From: a virus
Lineage: Duplodnaviria; Caudoviricetes
DNA length: 64,000 nucleotides
Virus record (IMG/VR): IMGVR_UViG_3300029955_000001
Direction: 5' to 3' (one strand)
Positions 48,650-57,796 of this stretch are shown here, in pieces. The translations under genes and the position numbers were made by a program. A model generated the notes under the pieces. That model worked only from the letters and a program-made list of their open reading frames with translations. It ran no database searches and was not told where the DNA came from. Positions within the stretch are counted from its first letter, which is position 1. The number at the start of each line of letters is the position of its first letter.

Positions 48650-49147
48650 TTATTTCGGTTTCTTTGGTAAAGCAGGTATATCGAAATTAACATATATCTG
48701 CAACATCAATAAACAAATGAGCCAACGATTGTTGTACAAAAGCATTGACCCCATTTCTTCTGTCATAAGGCGTTCAGATATTTGTCTTGGAATAACTGAA
48801 TTAGCTATATCTACATTATCACCTACGCGCAATACAGATACGCCTCTTGCTATATTTCCAGCAAGCCCTAATACCTGTTCATCGTTATTGCCCCAACGAG
48901 AAAAGAATACAGAAGACAATGTCAAAACAAAATCACGAACAATTTCATTCATGAAAACAAGTTCTACAATGTGAGGTAGCCCTTCCTCAGTAATCATCAT
49001 GTAAGGCTTTTCTTTCAAAACAATATGTGTTACAAATTCTTTTACAGATTTACTTGACTCTGTTAGATAGTTGCTCAGAACATGGTTAAGTGACTGCGTA
49101 AATACAGTAGCTGCTTCTTCCATGTCAGTAGTATTAAGATTAGCCAT
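48650..49147 (-). CDS. Conserved hypothetical protein
   Basis: 165 aa; packed downstream of the gp149-like subunit. Confidence 0.6.
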   Translation of the reverse strand: MANLNTTDMEEAATVFTQSLNHVLSNYLTESSKSVKEFVTHIVLKEKPYMMITEEGLPHIVELVFMNEIVRDFVLTLSSVFFSRWGNNDEQVLGLAGNIARGVSVLRVGDNVDIANSVIPRQISERLMTEEMGSMLLYNNRWLICLLMLQIYVNFDIPALPKKPK

Positions 49148-49153
49148 AGTTAT

Positions 49154-49843
49154 TTAAATTGTGGTCGAAAGATGCATTGATGTTAGAAGAGTTTTTAATG
49201 TTTCCGTACTCCTAACCTTACTATCGGCATGTGACATATTTGCTAAACTTACCCCGCCTGTCTTTGATATAGAAGCATTCATTAAATCGAATCCTTTTAT
49301 ATCTCCGCCCCGATATTTCAACATTTCTACTAAGTTATTATCCAGATTCATTGCCGCCATAATCTGAGTTTCTGGATAAGATATCTTACTACCTTTAGAC
49401 TTACCTGTAGGTTGGCCAGTAAAGTCGTCAATTGATTTATTATCCTCAGGGATAGAAATCTTCTTGACCAATAACTGTGCTTGACGTTTCAAAGGTAAGT
49501 CTACAATCAAGTATTTAACAGGGGAAAGATACCTCGGAATATCTGTATCTCCAGACATCCAAATTCTTTCGAAAAAATTATGACCTAGTTCTTCAGCTAA
49601 ATCTAAATTATTATTAACAGTTAGTCGGCTTGATCCAAAGTTAGGAGAAATGATTGCTAATTTAATGGCCCCTTCATCTAGCTTTGTCATAAAGTCGTGG
49701 AACTGAGTATCGTCCATTGACGCAAAGAGATTGATATATGTCTGTTGATTCTCTGTAACTTTATTATTTTCTTCTGGCAGAATTTTACCAATCCATTCGA
49801 TAATAAAATCTTCAGCAGCTTTACGATTTGTTTTACCCGTCAT
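49154..49843 (-). CDS. rpoB: vRNAP beta C-terminal subunit (phiKZ gp149-like)
   Basis: LPLKRQAQ, TGQPTG.SKGSKISYPE, MLKYRGGD correspond to bacterial beta C-terminal motifs (QP..G....GG.R.GEME, L..KSDD). Confidence 0.8.
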   Translation of the reverse strand: MTGKTNRKAAEDFIIEWIGKILPEENNKVTENQQTYINLFASMDDTQFHDFMTKLDEGAIKLAIISPNFGSSRLTVNNNLDLAEELGHNFFERIWMSGDTDIPRYLSPVKYLIVDLPLKRQAQLLVKKISIPEDNKSIDDFTGQPTGKSKGSKISYPETQIMAAMNLDNNLVEMLKYRGGDIKGFDLMNASISKTGGVSLANMSHADSKVRSTETLKTLLTSMHLSTTI

Positions 49844-49890
49844 GCTATTCTCCGTTAATGATCTCTATACAATCCATCAAACGGAATTAA

Positions 49891-50175
49891 TTAATCTGGA
49901 TTCTTCATTCGTTTAGGATAGTTTTTAGCGAAGTTTATAAAATCAACAACTCTACTCTTAACTATTGCAATAAATGTTTCTGATTGTAGACTATCAGCAT
50001 AATAGTTAATAGTCGCAGCAGCAAGCTTATCCTTAGCTCTAAATATAAACAATGGTTCGTCTACTGGTATTCCTATTCCTGTTCCTGCGTTTATTAAAAA
50101 CGCATCAGTAATTTGACCATCGGTATTAACATTAACCGTAATATCGTATTTAGGATCTTGTGTCTTGAAACGCAT
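49891..50175 (-). CDS. Hypothetical protein
   Basis: 94 aa; PVDEPLFIFRAKDKLA motif. Confidence 0.65.
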   Translation of the reverse strand: MRFKTQDPKYDITVNVNTDGQITDAFLINAGTGIGIPVDEPLFIFRAKDKLAAATINYYADSLQSETFIAIVKSRVVDFINFAKNYPKRMKNPD

Positions 50176-50177
50176 AT

Positions 50178-50600
50178 CTATTCCTCAACGTCTATTAAAA
50201 CAACAGTAACATGTTCTTCGCCATGCGCTTTATTGAAAATGTCAATCATGTTCCATGTACCTCTAGACTTAGAATCCCAAAACGTAATTAAGTCTGTAGC
50301 CACTTTATTCATTTTCATATTCCTAACATACCCAGCGCTCTTACCAATATCCCAGTCAGCTGGAAACTCAGCCCATGGTAGACGATGCTCTATACACCAT
50401 CTAATAATCATGTCGTCAGCCCCAGTCCTAGCCTTACCTGAAATAAAGATAATTGACTTATCACCAAACTTTTTTACGAATTCAAACATTCTTTTCGAGA
50501 AACGTTCGTAGTCGTTATAGTACCGGCTACCCGCAACAATCAATCGAATTTCAAAATCATTTATTGCGGAGTGAGGGGAAGGTTGTGGCGAATAATACAA
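50178..50600 (-). CDS. SLOG-family (YspA/DUF2493-like) protein
   Basis: LIVAGSR..NDY, ISG.A.TGAD, FPADW..GKSAG..RN..M, FWD..SRGT.NMI. Confidence 0.8.
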   Translation of the reverse strand: MYYSPQPSPHSAINDFEIRLIVAGSRYYNDYERFSKRMFEFVKKFGDKSIIFISGKARTGADDMIIRWCIEHRLPWAEFPADWDIGKSAGYVRNMKMNKVATDLITFWDSKSRGTWNMIDIFNKAHGEEHVTVVLIDVEE

Positions 50601-50911
50601 GGGACTACTCCTTGTTCGAATAATTCGACCCAGCGTTTAATCTCGCCAGTGTCAACTAATTGATAACGAATATCAAGCGTGTCTTCGATCTTATTAATAT
50701 CTAGCTCGCCAAGAATCTGATGCCAAGCACGATTGATAAGGAAACGCTGAATATCAAGTGTGCGTGGGTTAAACGCATCTGGGTTCAATCTAGATGTCCA
50801 AGCTTCTGGATTCGGATGATTGTGTTTAATAAGTATTTTTGTAACAACGTCCACCAGATCAGGAGGCGTAGCTTCAGAAGTGTTATTATTCTCTACATTA
50901 TTCGTTGTCAT
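50561..50911 (-). CDS. Hypothetical protein
   Basis: 116 aa; AGGA RBS; co-oriented. Confidence 0.6.
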   Translation of the reverse strand: MTTNNVENNNTSEATPPDLVDVVTKILIKHNHPNPEAWTSRLNPDAFNPRTLDIQRFLINRAWHQILGELDINKIEDTLDIRYQLVDTGEIKRWVELFEQGVVPCIIRHNLPLTPQ

Positions 50912-50944
50912 GGTATTTTTTTCCTAGAACTTATATTAGGACTA

Positions 50945-51316
50945 CTAATCATTGTTAAAACATTTATTTTTTGGAAGAGCTAATGCAGCTGGATGCATTG
51001 GTAAAGCATGTATTTCGTTTTGGTGTTTCATATACCGTTTAATCTTAGGAAGCTTTACTTGCCTAGCTTCTTCAATTGCAGTCGCATCTAAATCACCAGC
51101 GTCCACCATGATCTGTAGAGCCGCTAGAAAGTCACCGATCTCTCTTTCTAGATCAGATTTATTATCCCATCTAAGATTTTCAAAACTAGGTTGTAGACCG
51201 TGTATAGCTATCTTGCCAATCTTTTGTTGAAGCTGTCCTAGTTCTTGCTGAATCTCACCAGTCTCTTCAGACATCTTACCAAAACGTTCTAGTTGCCCAG
51301 GCGTCATGTTATTCAT
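50945..51316 (-). CDS. mazG: MazG-like nucleotide pyrophosphatase
   Basis: K..EE.GE...(K)...LE.EIGD acidic motifs. Confidence 0.7.
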   Translation of the reverse strand: MNNMTPGQLERFGKMSEETGEIQQELGQLQQKIGKIAIHGLQPSFENLRWDNKSDLEREIGDFLAALQIMVDAGDLDATAIEEARQVKLPKIKRYMKHQNEIHALPMHPAALALPKNKCFNND

Positions 51317-51322
51317 AATAGG

Positions 51323-51776
51323 TTACTCCGCGTAAAGAGATTTAACACTTTCTTCGTTTTTTATTTGTTGCTTATCGTTAGGTGTCTTAAGTCTACGATC
51401 AATAGCAACTGGTATATCGGAGACACGCATATTTATAATTTCCATCTTTCTTAGCTGTTCTGGCCAAGGAGATTTAATGAAACGACCATCTTCCATCTCT
51501 TCTTGGCCAGAACCGATATACGTCCATCAGGTGTTCTGTACATATATGCTGGTTCGCGTGTTTTCTCAATAGTGTATTCATTAGGAAGACCAGTAATTAC
51601 ATAAACACCATTATTTTTAAAGTGACGTACTTCATCACCTATAGAAAAATAATTGGGTATGTAATATTTTTTAAAATTTTACTACGTTTATTTTTAAAGT
51701 AGAAGATTAATGCGCAAATAAATATAAGTGCGCACTCCAGTGTAATTAAACCACAAATACGAACGTCTTCATTCAT
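51323..51776 (-). pseudogene. Membrane-anchored DUF1653-like gene broken by two 1-nt frameshifts
   Basis: Three consecutive frames give MNEDVRICGLITLECALIFICALIFYFKNKRSKI / KYYIPNYFSIGDEVRHFKNNGVYVI...PDGRI / GQEEMEDGRF...LYAE*; ATG overlaps the uvsX stop (TAATG). Confidence 0.6.
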
Positions 51777-53242
51777 TATTCTTCCTCGAATATAAATTCT
51801 TCTTTAATTGTTTTCTTATCAGCGTTTAACCAGTATGGAAAATACAAACCTTTTCGCATTCTTAATAGATCCTTTACGCTTAAGAACGGGATAGGATGTT
51901 TATCGTTATTGATAGTCCACCACCCTCTTGTATTTGATAGGATTAGTTTCCAATCAAACCCTATCTTTGTTAAGTCTTCGTATAGTTCTTTTGGCGTGCA
52001 AAGAATATCACGATCCATCGTCCGCCAGAGTTGATCCATTTGGCACATCTGTGAAGTTATTTCCAAAGCGCGACGCAACATTGGATCGTTGTCAATCTTA
52101 CCACGAATAGTAGTTCTAGACAACTTTACATCTGGAAGTAATTCTAACGAATAAGAATGATCCTTAGGTCCGCCAGTGAAGCCGTAACGATCTTCTTCTT
52201 TGATGTAGTGAAATTCTGACAGACTAGGTAAGATACCTTCTGCTTGAGAAACGATTAGGCGAATTTCAATTCCAGACACACCAGCTTTACCACGTAAATT
52301 CTTAATCTTGATAACATTTAAGTCCGTATCAAAACGCATGTCGTCTTCAGAATCATGCGGATACTCAGGGCCTTTTGTTCCGTCGTTTATCAATGGCGTG
52401 GCATTAAAGATGTGCCAGCAGTTATGTGTATTTGTTGTAAATTTCTTTGTTGTTCCCATGATCTTATCACCACCTTTTAAGTGGGTCAAAGTTCTCACAG
52501 GAATTTCTTTACCAGGACCAGCTGACTGCATCATGGTTTCTTTACCAAGATGTGCTGTCATAAGCAGATAGTTATACGCTTCAGCATTCAAACGTGCTGC
52601 TTCCATCAAGAATCGCAACTTTGCTAAACCTTGACGCATGTGAAGTGTATTTGCTCCAGATTCACCTAGACTATTCTTATCCTGCATGTCAATGACATCA
52701 TCTGTTTCGAAATCAGTAAAACTATCGACTTCAGTAAACGTAGGCTGTATAATGTAAAGTGGACCTTTATGATCACGATTCCAAAACGGTGTTAGCACTT
52801 GTAGTTTTGATGCGTTCTTAATCTTTCTTGCAAGAAATTCTTTTTGTACGTCGTACCATGCATTACCTGAGTATTTTACTTTACCAGTTAATGTTACGCG
52901 TTTTGTTTCGAAAACATCAATTCCACCAAATTCAGGAATTCGATCAGCAATAGTTTGCACGTGATCTTCTTCAATACTTTCTTCTGTATCGTAAATGCTG
53001 CCTGTTGAACCAGCCATGCGGGCCACACATGTGAGGAACTGAAAACGTTCAAATGTTGATTTAAACATGTTGCCATAACCAACAGTACCTGTCGTGGTAG
53101 CGACACCACCATTTAAGATATACTCACCATAGCGACCCTCTACGAAGTTACCAGTGGGAATATCTAATAACGCCCCTACATTTATTTTAATCTTAACAAC
53201 TTCGGATGGTTCGAATGTTTGTGTCAATAAACTGTGATCCAC
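51776..53242 (-). CDS. uvsX: RecA/UvsX-like recombinase (phiKZ gp152-like)
   Basis: Walker A variant GYGNMFKST, YDTE, Walker B EVDSF, TAH, KNLRGKAG. Confidence 0.75.
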   Translation of the reverse strand: MDHSLLTQTFEPSEVVKIKINVGALLDIPTGNFVEGRYGEYILNGGVATTTGTVGYGNMFKSTFERFQFLTCVARMAGSTGSIYDTEESIEEDHVQTIADRIPEFGGIDVFETKRVTLTGKVKYSGNAWYDVQKEFLARKIKNASKLQVLTPFWNRDHKGPLYIIQPTFTEVDSFTDFETDDVIDMQDKNSLGESGANTLHMRQGLAKLRFLMEAARLNAEAYNYLLMTAHLGKETMMQSAGPGKEIPVRTLTHLKGGDKIMGTTKKFTTNTHNCWHIFNATPLINDGTKGPEYPHDSEDDMRFDTDLNVIKIKNLRGKAGVSGIEIRLIVSQAEGILPSLSEFHYIKEEDRYGFTGGPKDHSYSLELLPDVKLSRTTIRGKIDNDPMLRRALEITSQMCQMDQLWRTMDRDILCTPKELYEDLTKIGFDWKLILSNTRGWWTINNDKHPIPFLSVKDLLRMRKGLYFPYWLNADKKTIKEEFIFEEE

Positions 53243-53262
53243 GTGTTGCTCCTAGTTATTTA

Positions 53263-53541
53263 TTAAATACTTACTTGATGAAATAGATCTTCGAATATAT
53301 TCGAAGGCATGCAGATCATCCATTTATCTTTTATTCTTACAACATAATCACCAACTTTTGGTTTATGTTTATCAATGAATGTTTGTTTTACCATCAAAGT
53401 TTCATTTGTTCTTTTAGCAAAACTAATTCTAGTTGTTCGCTCGTTATCTAATCTTCCTGTCTGAAGTAACTCGGAAATTTTAAGAGCTTCTACAGTTCCT
53501 ATGCCTATGTACGTAGACCATGGTAAAATTATTTCTTCCAC
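53263..53541 (-). CDS. Small hypothetical phage protein
   Basis: GTG start with AAGGA RBS; YIG..TVEALKI...KHKPKVGDYVV...P..IFE pattern. Confidence 0.65.
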   Translation of the reverse strand: MEEIILPWSTYIGIGTVEALKISELLQTGRLDNERTTRISFAKRTNETLMVKQTFIDKHKPKVGDYVVRIKDKWMICMPSNIFEDLFHQVSI

Positions 53542-53625
53542 GATTATTCCTTCATTATTTAGAGAGATAGATAGTTATACTCAAAGTATTGATATGACCA
53601 GTAATTTTATGATGACATTCACCAA

Positions 53626-54459
53626 ATGGACAAAACAATGACCGATACACTATTAGTAGAAAAAAACCAGATTGCTCAGGAGTTCCTTAACACCACAGAC
53701 GTCCAAGCTATCTTCAGAAACTTTTTTCCAGTAATAAAAGGGTTCCTTACAAATTTTCACGAGACTATTAGCCCAGAAGCCCCAGCAGTGGCATTAACAG
53801 CGTCTCAGTTCATCTTCTTTAAAGAACTGAGTAAACACTCTTATACAGACGTGTCGCATCTAGCAGCCTATGTTCCAGAGGGTTTAAACGTATCGTATTT
53901 AAAGTACGCTAAAGAACTACAAGAATCAGCCGAACACGCTGCAAACATTTTATATGGTGTTTTATCAAGTTATTCAATTTTCTTGAGTTCACTCATTACA
54001 AATCAAGATCAGAAACTAGATACAACTTCTTTCATTCCCGTTTATAAAAAACTAGAAGCAGAACGTGAAAAAATGAATAAAGATATTGGTGGTTGTTTTA
54101 CTACCGGTTCAACGAAGAGTGAATTAACGATTGGCGACGTTGTTGAACGAAATGCCGATTGGTTAAAAGTATTTGAACAGACTCATGTTCTCACTAAACT
54201 AATTAATAATGTCGACCGTAAAGCGTTGAATAAAAAGATTACTGAATGTATTGAATTGCTTGATGCTGTAAAAGAAAAAATGAAACGTAGTGAATTAGAT
54301 AACATCTCTAAAGAAACATCTAATAATTTAGCTGAAGGCGCCTATCAAATAGCGAATGAATTAGAATTTTTCTCTGTTACTTATTTCAAAGTTATTGGGT
54401 TAACTAACTCTATCAATACTACTATTGCTCATTTTTTCAAAGTATGTAATAATTTTTAA
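53626..54459 (+). CDS. Conserved virion/head protein (phiKZ gp153-like)
   Basis: 277 aa, helical; lies between uvsX and RNase H; VPEGL motif. Confidence 0.55.
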   Translation: MDKTMTDTLLVEKNQIAQEFLNTTDVQAIFRNFFPVIKGFLTNFHETISPEAPAVALTASQFIFFKELSKHSYTDVSHLAAYVPEGLNVSYLKYAKELQESAEHAANILYGVLSSYSIFLSSLITNQDQKLDTTSFIPVYKKLEAEREKMNKDIGGCFTTGSTKSELTIGDVVERNADWLKVFEQTHVLTKLINNVDRKALNKKITECIELLDAVKEKMKRSELDNISKETSNNLAEGAYQIANELEFFSVTYFKVIGLTNSINTTIAHFFKVCNNF

Positions 54460-54461
54460 TA

Positions 54462-54521
54462 CGGCATAAAAAATGTACCTACACAATACGATAGATTTGT
54501 ATTGTGTAGGTACATATGCCG
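54462..54521. terminator. Bidirectional hairpin terminator flanked by CGGCATA and TATGCCG
   Basis: 17-bp stem 54473-54515; CGGCATA 54462-54468; TATGCCG 54515-54521. Confidence 0.8.
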
Positions 54522-54524
54522 TTA

Positions 54525-56045
54525 TTACTTAATAGTTTTATCTGTCGATATTAATCGGAGATTAGCGTAGCAATTACCCCATATGCCTTTGTCAGGTCCT
54601 GCTTCGATTACTGTAGCGTAACGAAATACTTTTGCATCTTCTAACCATGTCACAAGTGTTACTTTAGGATTACGTTCTTCTAATCGTTTTAACGCATTAC
54701 GATCAAGTACGTCTTGTCCCAAAGTTAATGTGATAGGCGCGGACTTTATAGTACCGTCTACTGATTTATAATTAGCATCAATTTTTAACGCAGCAAATCC
54801 AACAGTATATTCTGGTTTAAGTTTTAGAATTTCTGTTACTTCGTTATTCTTACTAGTCTTAGTAGTTACTTCATAAAGAACAGGTGTTAAGTCTGTTGTA
54901 ACGATTTCGGCATCTTTACTAAGATATTTTGTAAGAATTACAGATAAATTACCAATAGTATCAACTACACGCATAGCCGTCTTAACAGGCGATAATTCGT
55001 GCGTTAAAGGTTCTTTATCTAGACAGTATAAATCGAGTGCATATGGATTAGGTCTGACCATTGCAATCGAGCCGTGCTTTGCAAGTTCTTTATGTACATC
55101 AGGTTTAAACAACTGATCAACACGCAACATGATTAGTGTGTCTATATTACCAGACATTGCTGATTGATGTGCACGGATCATTTCGATAACAGGATCAGGA
55201 GTCTCTAACTTTACAACAGCGTGAGCGCCATCGCTAACACGCTTCCCGATCATATCGTCGTCTTTACCATGTTCGCCAAGATAATATTCACCAGGCTCAA
55301 TGAACTCACTAAATGTATTGAAATACATTCGCCGATTATTTAAAAACGGATGTCTTTCTGGGGAATATTTCCAATATCCGTCCGCTGCTGATGTGGTGAC
55401 ATCATTACGAAACACATGTGCTTTGGAATACATTACACCGAGTGTAGCGAGTTTATCAGCTAAAAAGTTACCTAGATATCCTTCTGAGGCAACGTCGTCG
55501 GTATGAGCAGACACCCAGTCTACTTTAACCTTAACACCTTTACTAACTAAACGATCTCGTATTTCAACAAGAGTTTTCCAGTATTCTACATTAGCAGGTG
55601 GTTGGCCATCGTTCTTCAACCAACCATTCTTTTTCCAGCTTTCTGCCCAACTAGCTAAACCCTTACACACGTGCTCGCTGTCGGTAAATATTTGTATTTC
55701 ACTTAATACAAATTGTTCGGCATATATAAGACCTTGGGTCGTCGCTGTTAATTCTGCAATGTTATTTGTAACTTCATCGTTAAAAGAACCACAACCATCA
55801 AGATAACTAATAGGCGTTACTTCTGGTAAATATTCTTTTGGTTTATTTGCTTTGTTCTCAGAAGATATGGACTTTAATACATAACCTTTTGATGTTAAAA
55901 CAAAATCCGAATTACCAGATCCTTTTTTAGGAACAGCAGTTGAATACAGATAACCATGTATACCCCAACCACCAAATCCTCTTGATGGTCGACAACCGCC
56001 ATCTGTGAAAATAACTATTCCTTGTTCCATGCTTTCTTTCTCCAT
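54525..56045 (-). CDS. rnhA: Ribonuclease HI with long C-terminal extension (phiKZ gp155-like)
   Basis: IFTDGGC, TNNIAEL, IFTDSE, WKKNGW, WV.AH, GN..AD.LA catalytic motifs. Confidence 0.9.
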   Translation of the reverse strand: MEKESMEQGIVIFTDGGCRPSRGFGGWGIHGYLYSTAVPKKGSGNSDFVLTSKGYVLKSISSENKANKPKEYLPEVTPISYLDGCGSFNDEVTNNIAELTATTQGLIYAEQFVLSEIQIFTDSEHVCKGLASWAESWKKNGWLKNDGQPPANVEYWKTLVEIRDRLVSKGVKVKVDWVSAHTDDVASEGYLGNFLADKLATLGVMYSKAHVFRNDVTTSAADGYWKYSPERHPFLNNRRMYFNTFSEFIEPGEYYLGEHGKDDDMIGKRVSDGAHAVVKLETPDPVIEMIRAHQSAMSGNIDTLIMLRVDQLFKPDVHKELAKHGSIAMVRPNPYALDLYCLDKEPLTHELSPVKTAMRVVDTIGNLSVILTKYLSKDAEIVTTDLTPVLYEVTTKTSKNNEVTEILKLKPEYTVGFAALKIDANYKSVDGTIKSAPITLTLGQDVLDRNALKRLEERNPKVTLVTWLEDAKVFRYATVIEAGPDKGIWGNCYANLRLISTDKTIK

Positions 56046-56096
56046 AACTAAATGTTATTCTACAATATTACTGAAACAGGTAAAAAAGAATAGTTA

Positions 56097-56366
56097 TTAT
56101 TTAGATAATAATTTATAACAATTAACTTTTGTGATAACTAATAAATCTTTATACTTTTTATTTATATCGATATAATCTTTTGATATCTGAAATACTCTTG
56201 GAATTAAGAAAACGTTAATTGAAATTGAAGATACCACAATGCAAAATAATATCAATCGAATTTTCTCTGTTCTAAATGCATCGTTAATTGATTTATTACG
56301 AAGAATTACTTCTCTTAAAAAATTCCAAACAGGCTTTATGAGTATGTCTAGTATGATAGTAAACAT
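56097..56366 (-). CDS. Small membrane protein
   Basis: 89 aa with hydrophobic LILFCIVVSSISINVFLI segment. Confidence 0.55.
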   Translation of the reverse strand: MFTIILDILIKPVWNFLREVILRNKSINDAFRTEKIRLILFCIVVSSISINVFLIPRVFQISKDYIDINKKYKDLLVITKVNCYKLLSK

Positions 56367-56434
56367 TTTTTATCTTTCGACTTATTTTATAGTCCATCGG
56401 CTTTAATTTAATAACTAACACGCAGGAGAACCTG

Positions 56435-57769
56435 ATGTATGTCTTAAAAGGATTCGTTACAAACTCTGCGTTTACCAATAACGCTATTCCAAATATTACC
56501 GGAGAAACACCAGGTTCGGTATCTACAATTGGTGAGATATCCACTCTCTCTCTTACTTATGCGCAGCAAAAAGGATATTACTTTCCATCGACTGGACCGA
56601 CAGATTTAAGTTTAATTACGTTTACTAGTGCATTGAATGGTGTGCCGCAATTACTAACATCTGATATTAGTGATCATGTGTTGACGGTAGCACAAACACT
56701 GTTCAGTTACATGCATACAACCGGTCAGATCATGTCTGACACACTGTTGTTATATTTGCTTGGTCAATTCAGTGCTACAGCAAATAATTTTCAATGCGGT
56801 ACTATTATAAGTGATGGTGCTAACTGGGCACCTGAATGGCTATCGTGGACAAATACTTCGCTAACAGAACTTTCTGCTGGAAACGAGATTAAGGTTTGGT
56901 TTGTAGATGTGAGTTTTAGGAATGAATACGACGGCAGTCAAATCGTTGTAGTTCCACCTACGCTAGTATTGGATAATTTCTTTAATCCAAGCTCGATGGT
57001 AGCTACGATGCTGAGCGCTATCACGCCTGTAATGGTAATGAGCGCTATTCAAACTGCTAAAAATGGTTGTCCTGAAACTGTCGTTACTTGTGAAACATTT
57101 AACTATATTGATCCATTAAATTCAGCTAATGTTATTCCGACAAACTGGTATATGTTGATTTATGGTTCTGCTGGCAACAATGTTGATTCAATGGCAGATG
57201 CGTTGATAGCATACATTTTAGCAAACAGTACTCATACTGAAGCTGATTGGATTAAGGTTCTTCCTGACTTATTTAACAGAACTGAATTTGTTCTTGTGCC
57301 GTTATGGGATAATTATTCTATTCCTAACAGAACATTACAAGCTGGTATTTATTCGCCTATTGCAAGTATGACGAATTCTTTAGCATTACTCACGCAAGTA
57401 GAGCCTAGTTATCCTTCGGCTCATATTGATGAGTACGCTACACTGATGAGTTTCCCATACAAGTCAATGCAGATTGCATCTATTGGTAGTCCTAACAATA
57501 AGGATGCTTGGTATCAGATTAACAATGTAATGCCGGATGTCATTAATGTTTCTTCTACAAGTACTGACTTTAGCAGAATGAGTGCTACTACTCAAGCTTG
57601 GGCTACGATGATAGCTAACATGTTAGTCATCGCAGAAACAATGACAACTGATACTACAATACCACGTACGATGACAGCGCTTACTCGTAACGGGATCTTG
57701 TATTTAGTTCAGAATTATAACAACATCGATTATCTTGTAGCCGTGAAGTCCAACTTCCCGTTACCTTAA
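56435..57769 (+). CDS. Virion structural protein (phiKZ gp157-like)
   Basis: MYVLKGF...IGE.ST, TEF...P.W, .SP, YL motifs; AGGAG RBS; 444 aa. Confidence 0.65.
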   Translation: MYVLKGFVTNSAFTNNAIPNITGETPGSVSTIGEISTLSLTYAQQKGYYFPSTGPTDLSLITFTSALNGVPQLLTSDISDHVLTVAQTLFSYMHTTGQIMSDTLLLYLLGQFSATANNFQCGTIISDGANWAPEWLSWTNTSLTELSAGNEIKVWFVDVSFRNEYDGSQIVVVPPTLVLDNFFNPSSMVATMLSAITPVMVMSAIQTAKNGCPETVVTCETFNYIDPLNSANVIPTNWYMLIYGSAGNNVDSMADALIAYILANSTHTEADWIKVLPDLFNRTEFVLVPLWDNYSIPNRTLQAGIYSPIASMTNSLALLTQVEPSYPSAHIDEYATLMSFPYKSMQIASIGSPNNKDAWYQINNVMPDVINVSSTSTDFSRMSATTQAWATMIANMLVIAETMTTDTTIPRTMTALTRNGILYLVQNYNNIDYLVAVKSNFPLP

Positions 57770-57796
57770 ACCGCACGTTAATAGAAAGTTTTAATC

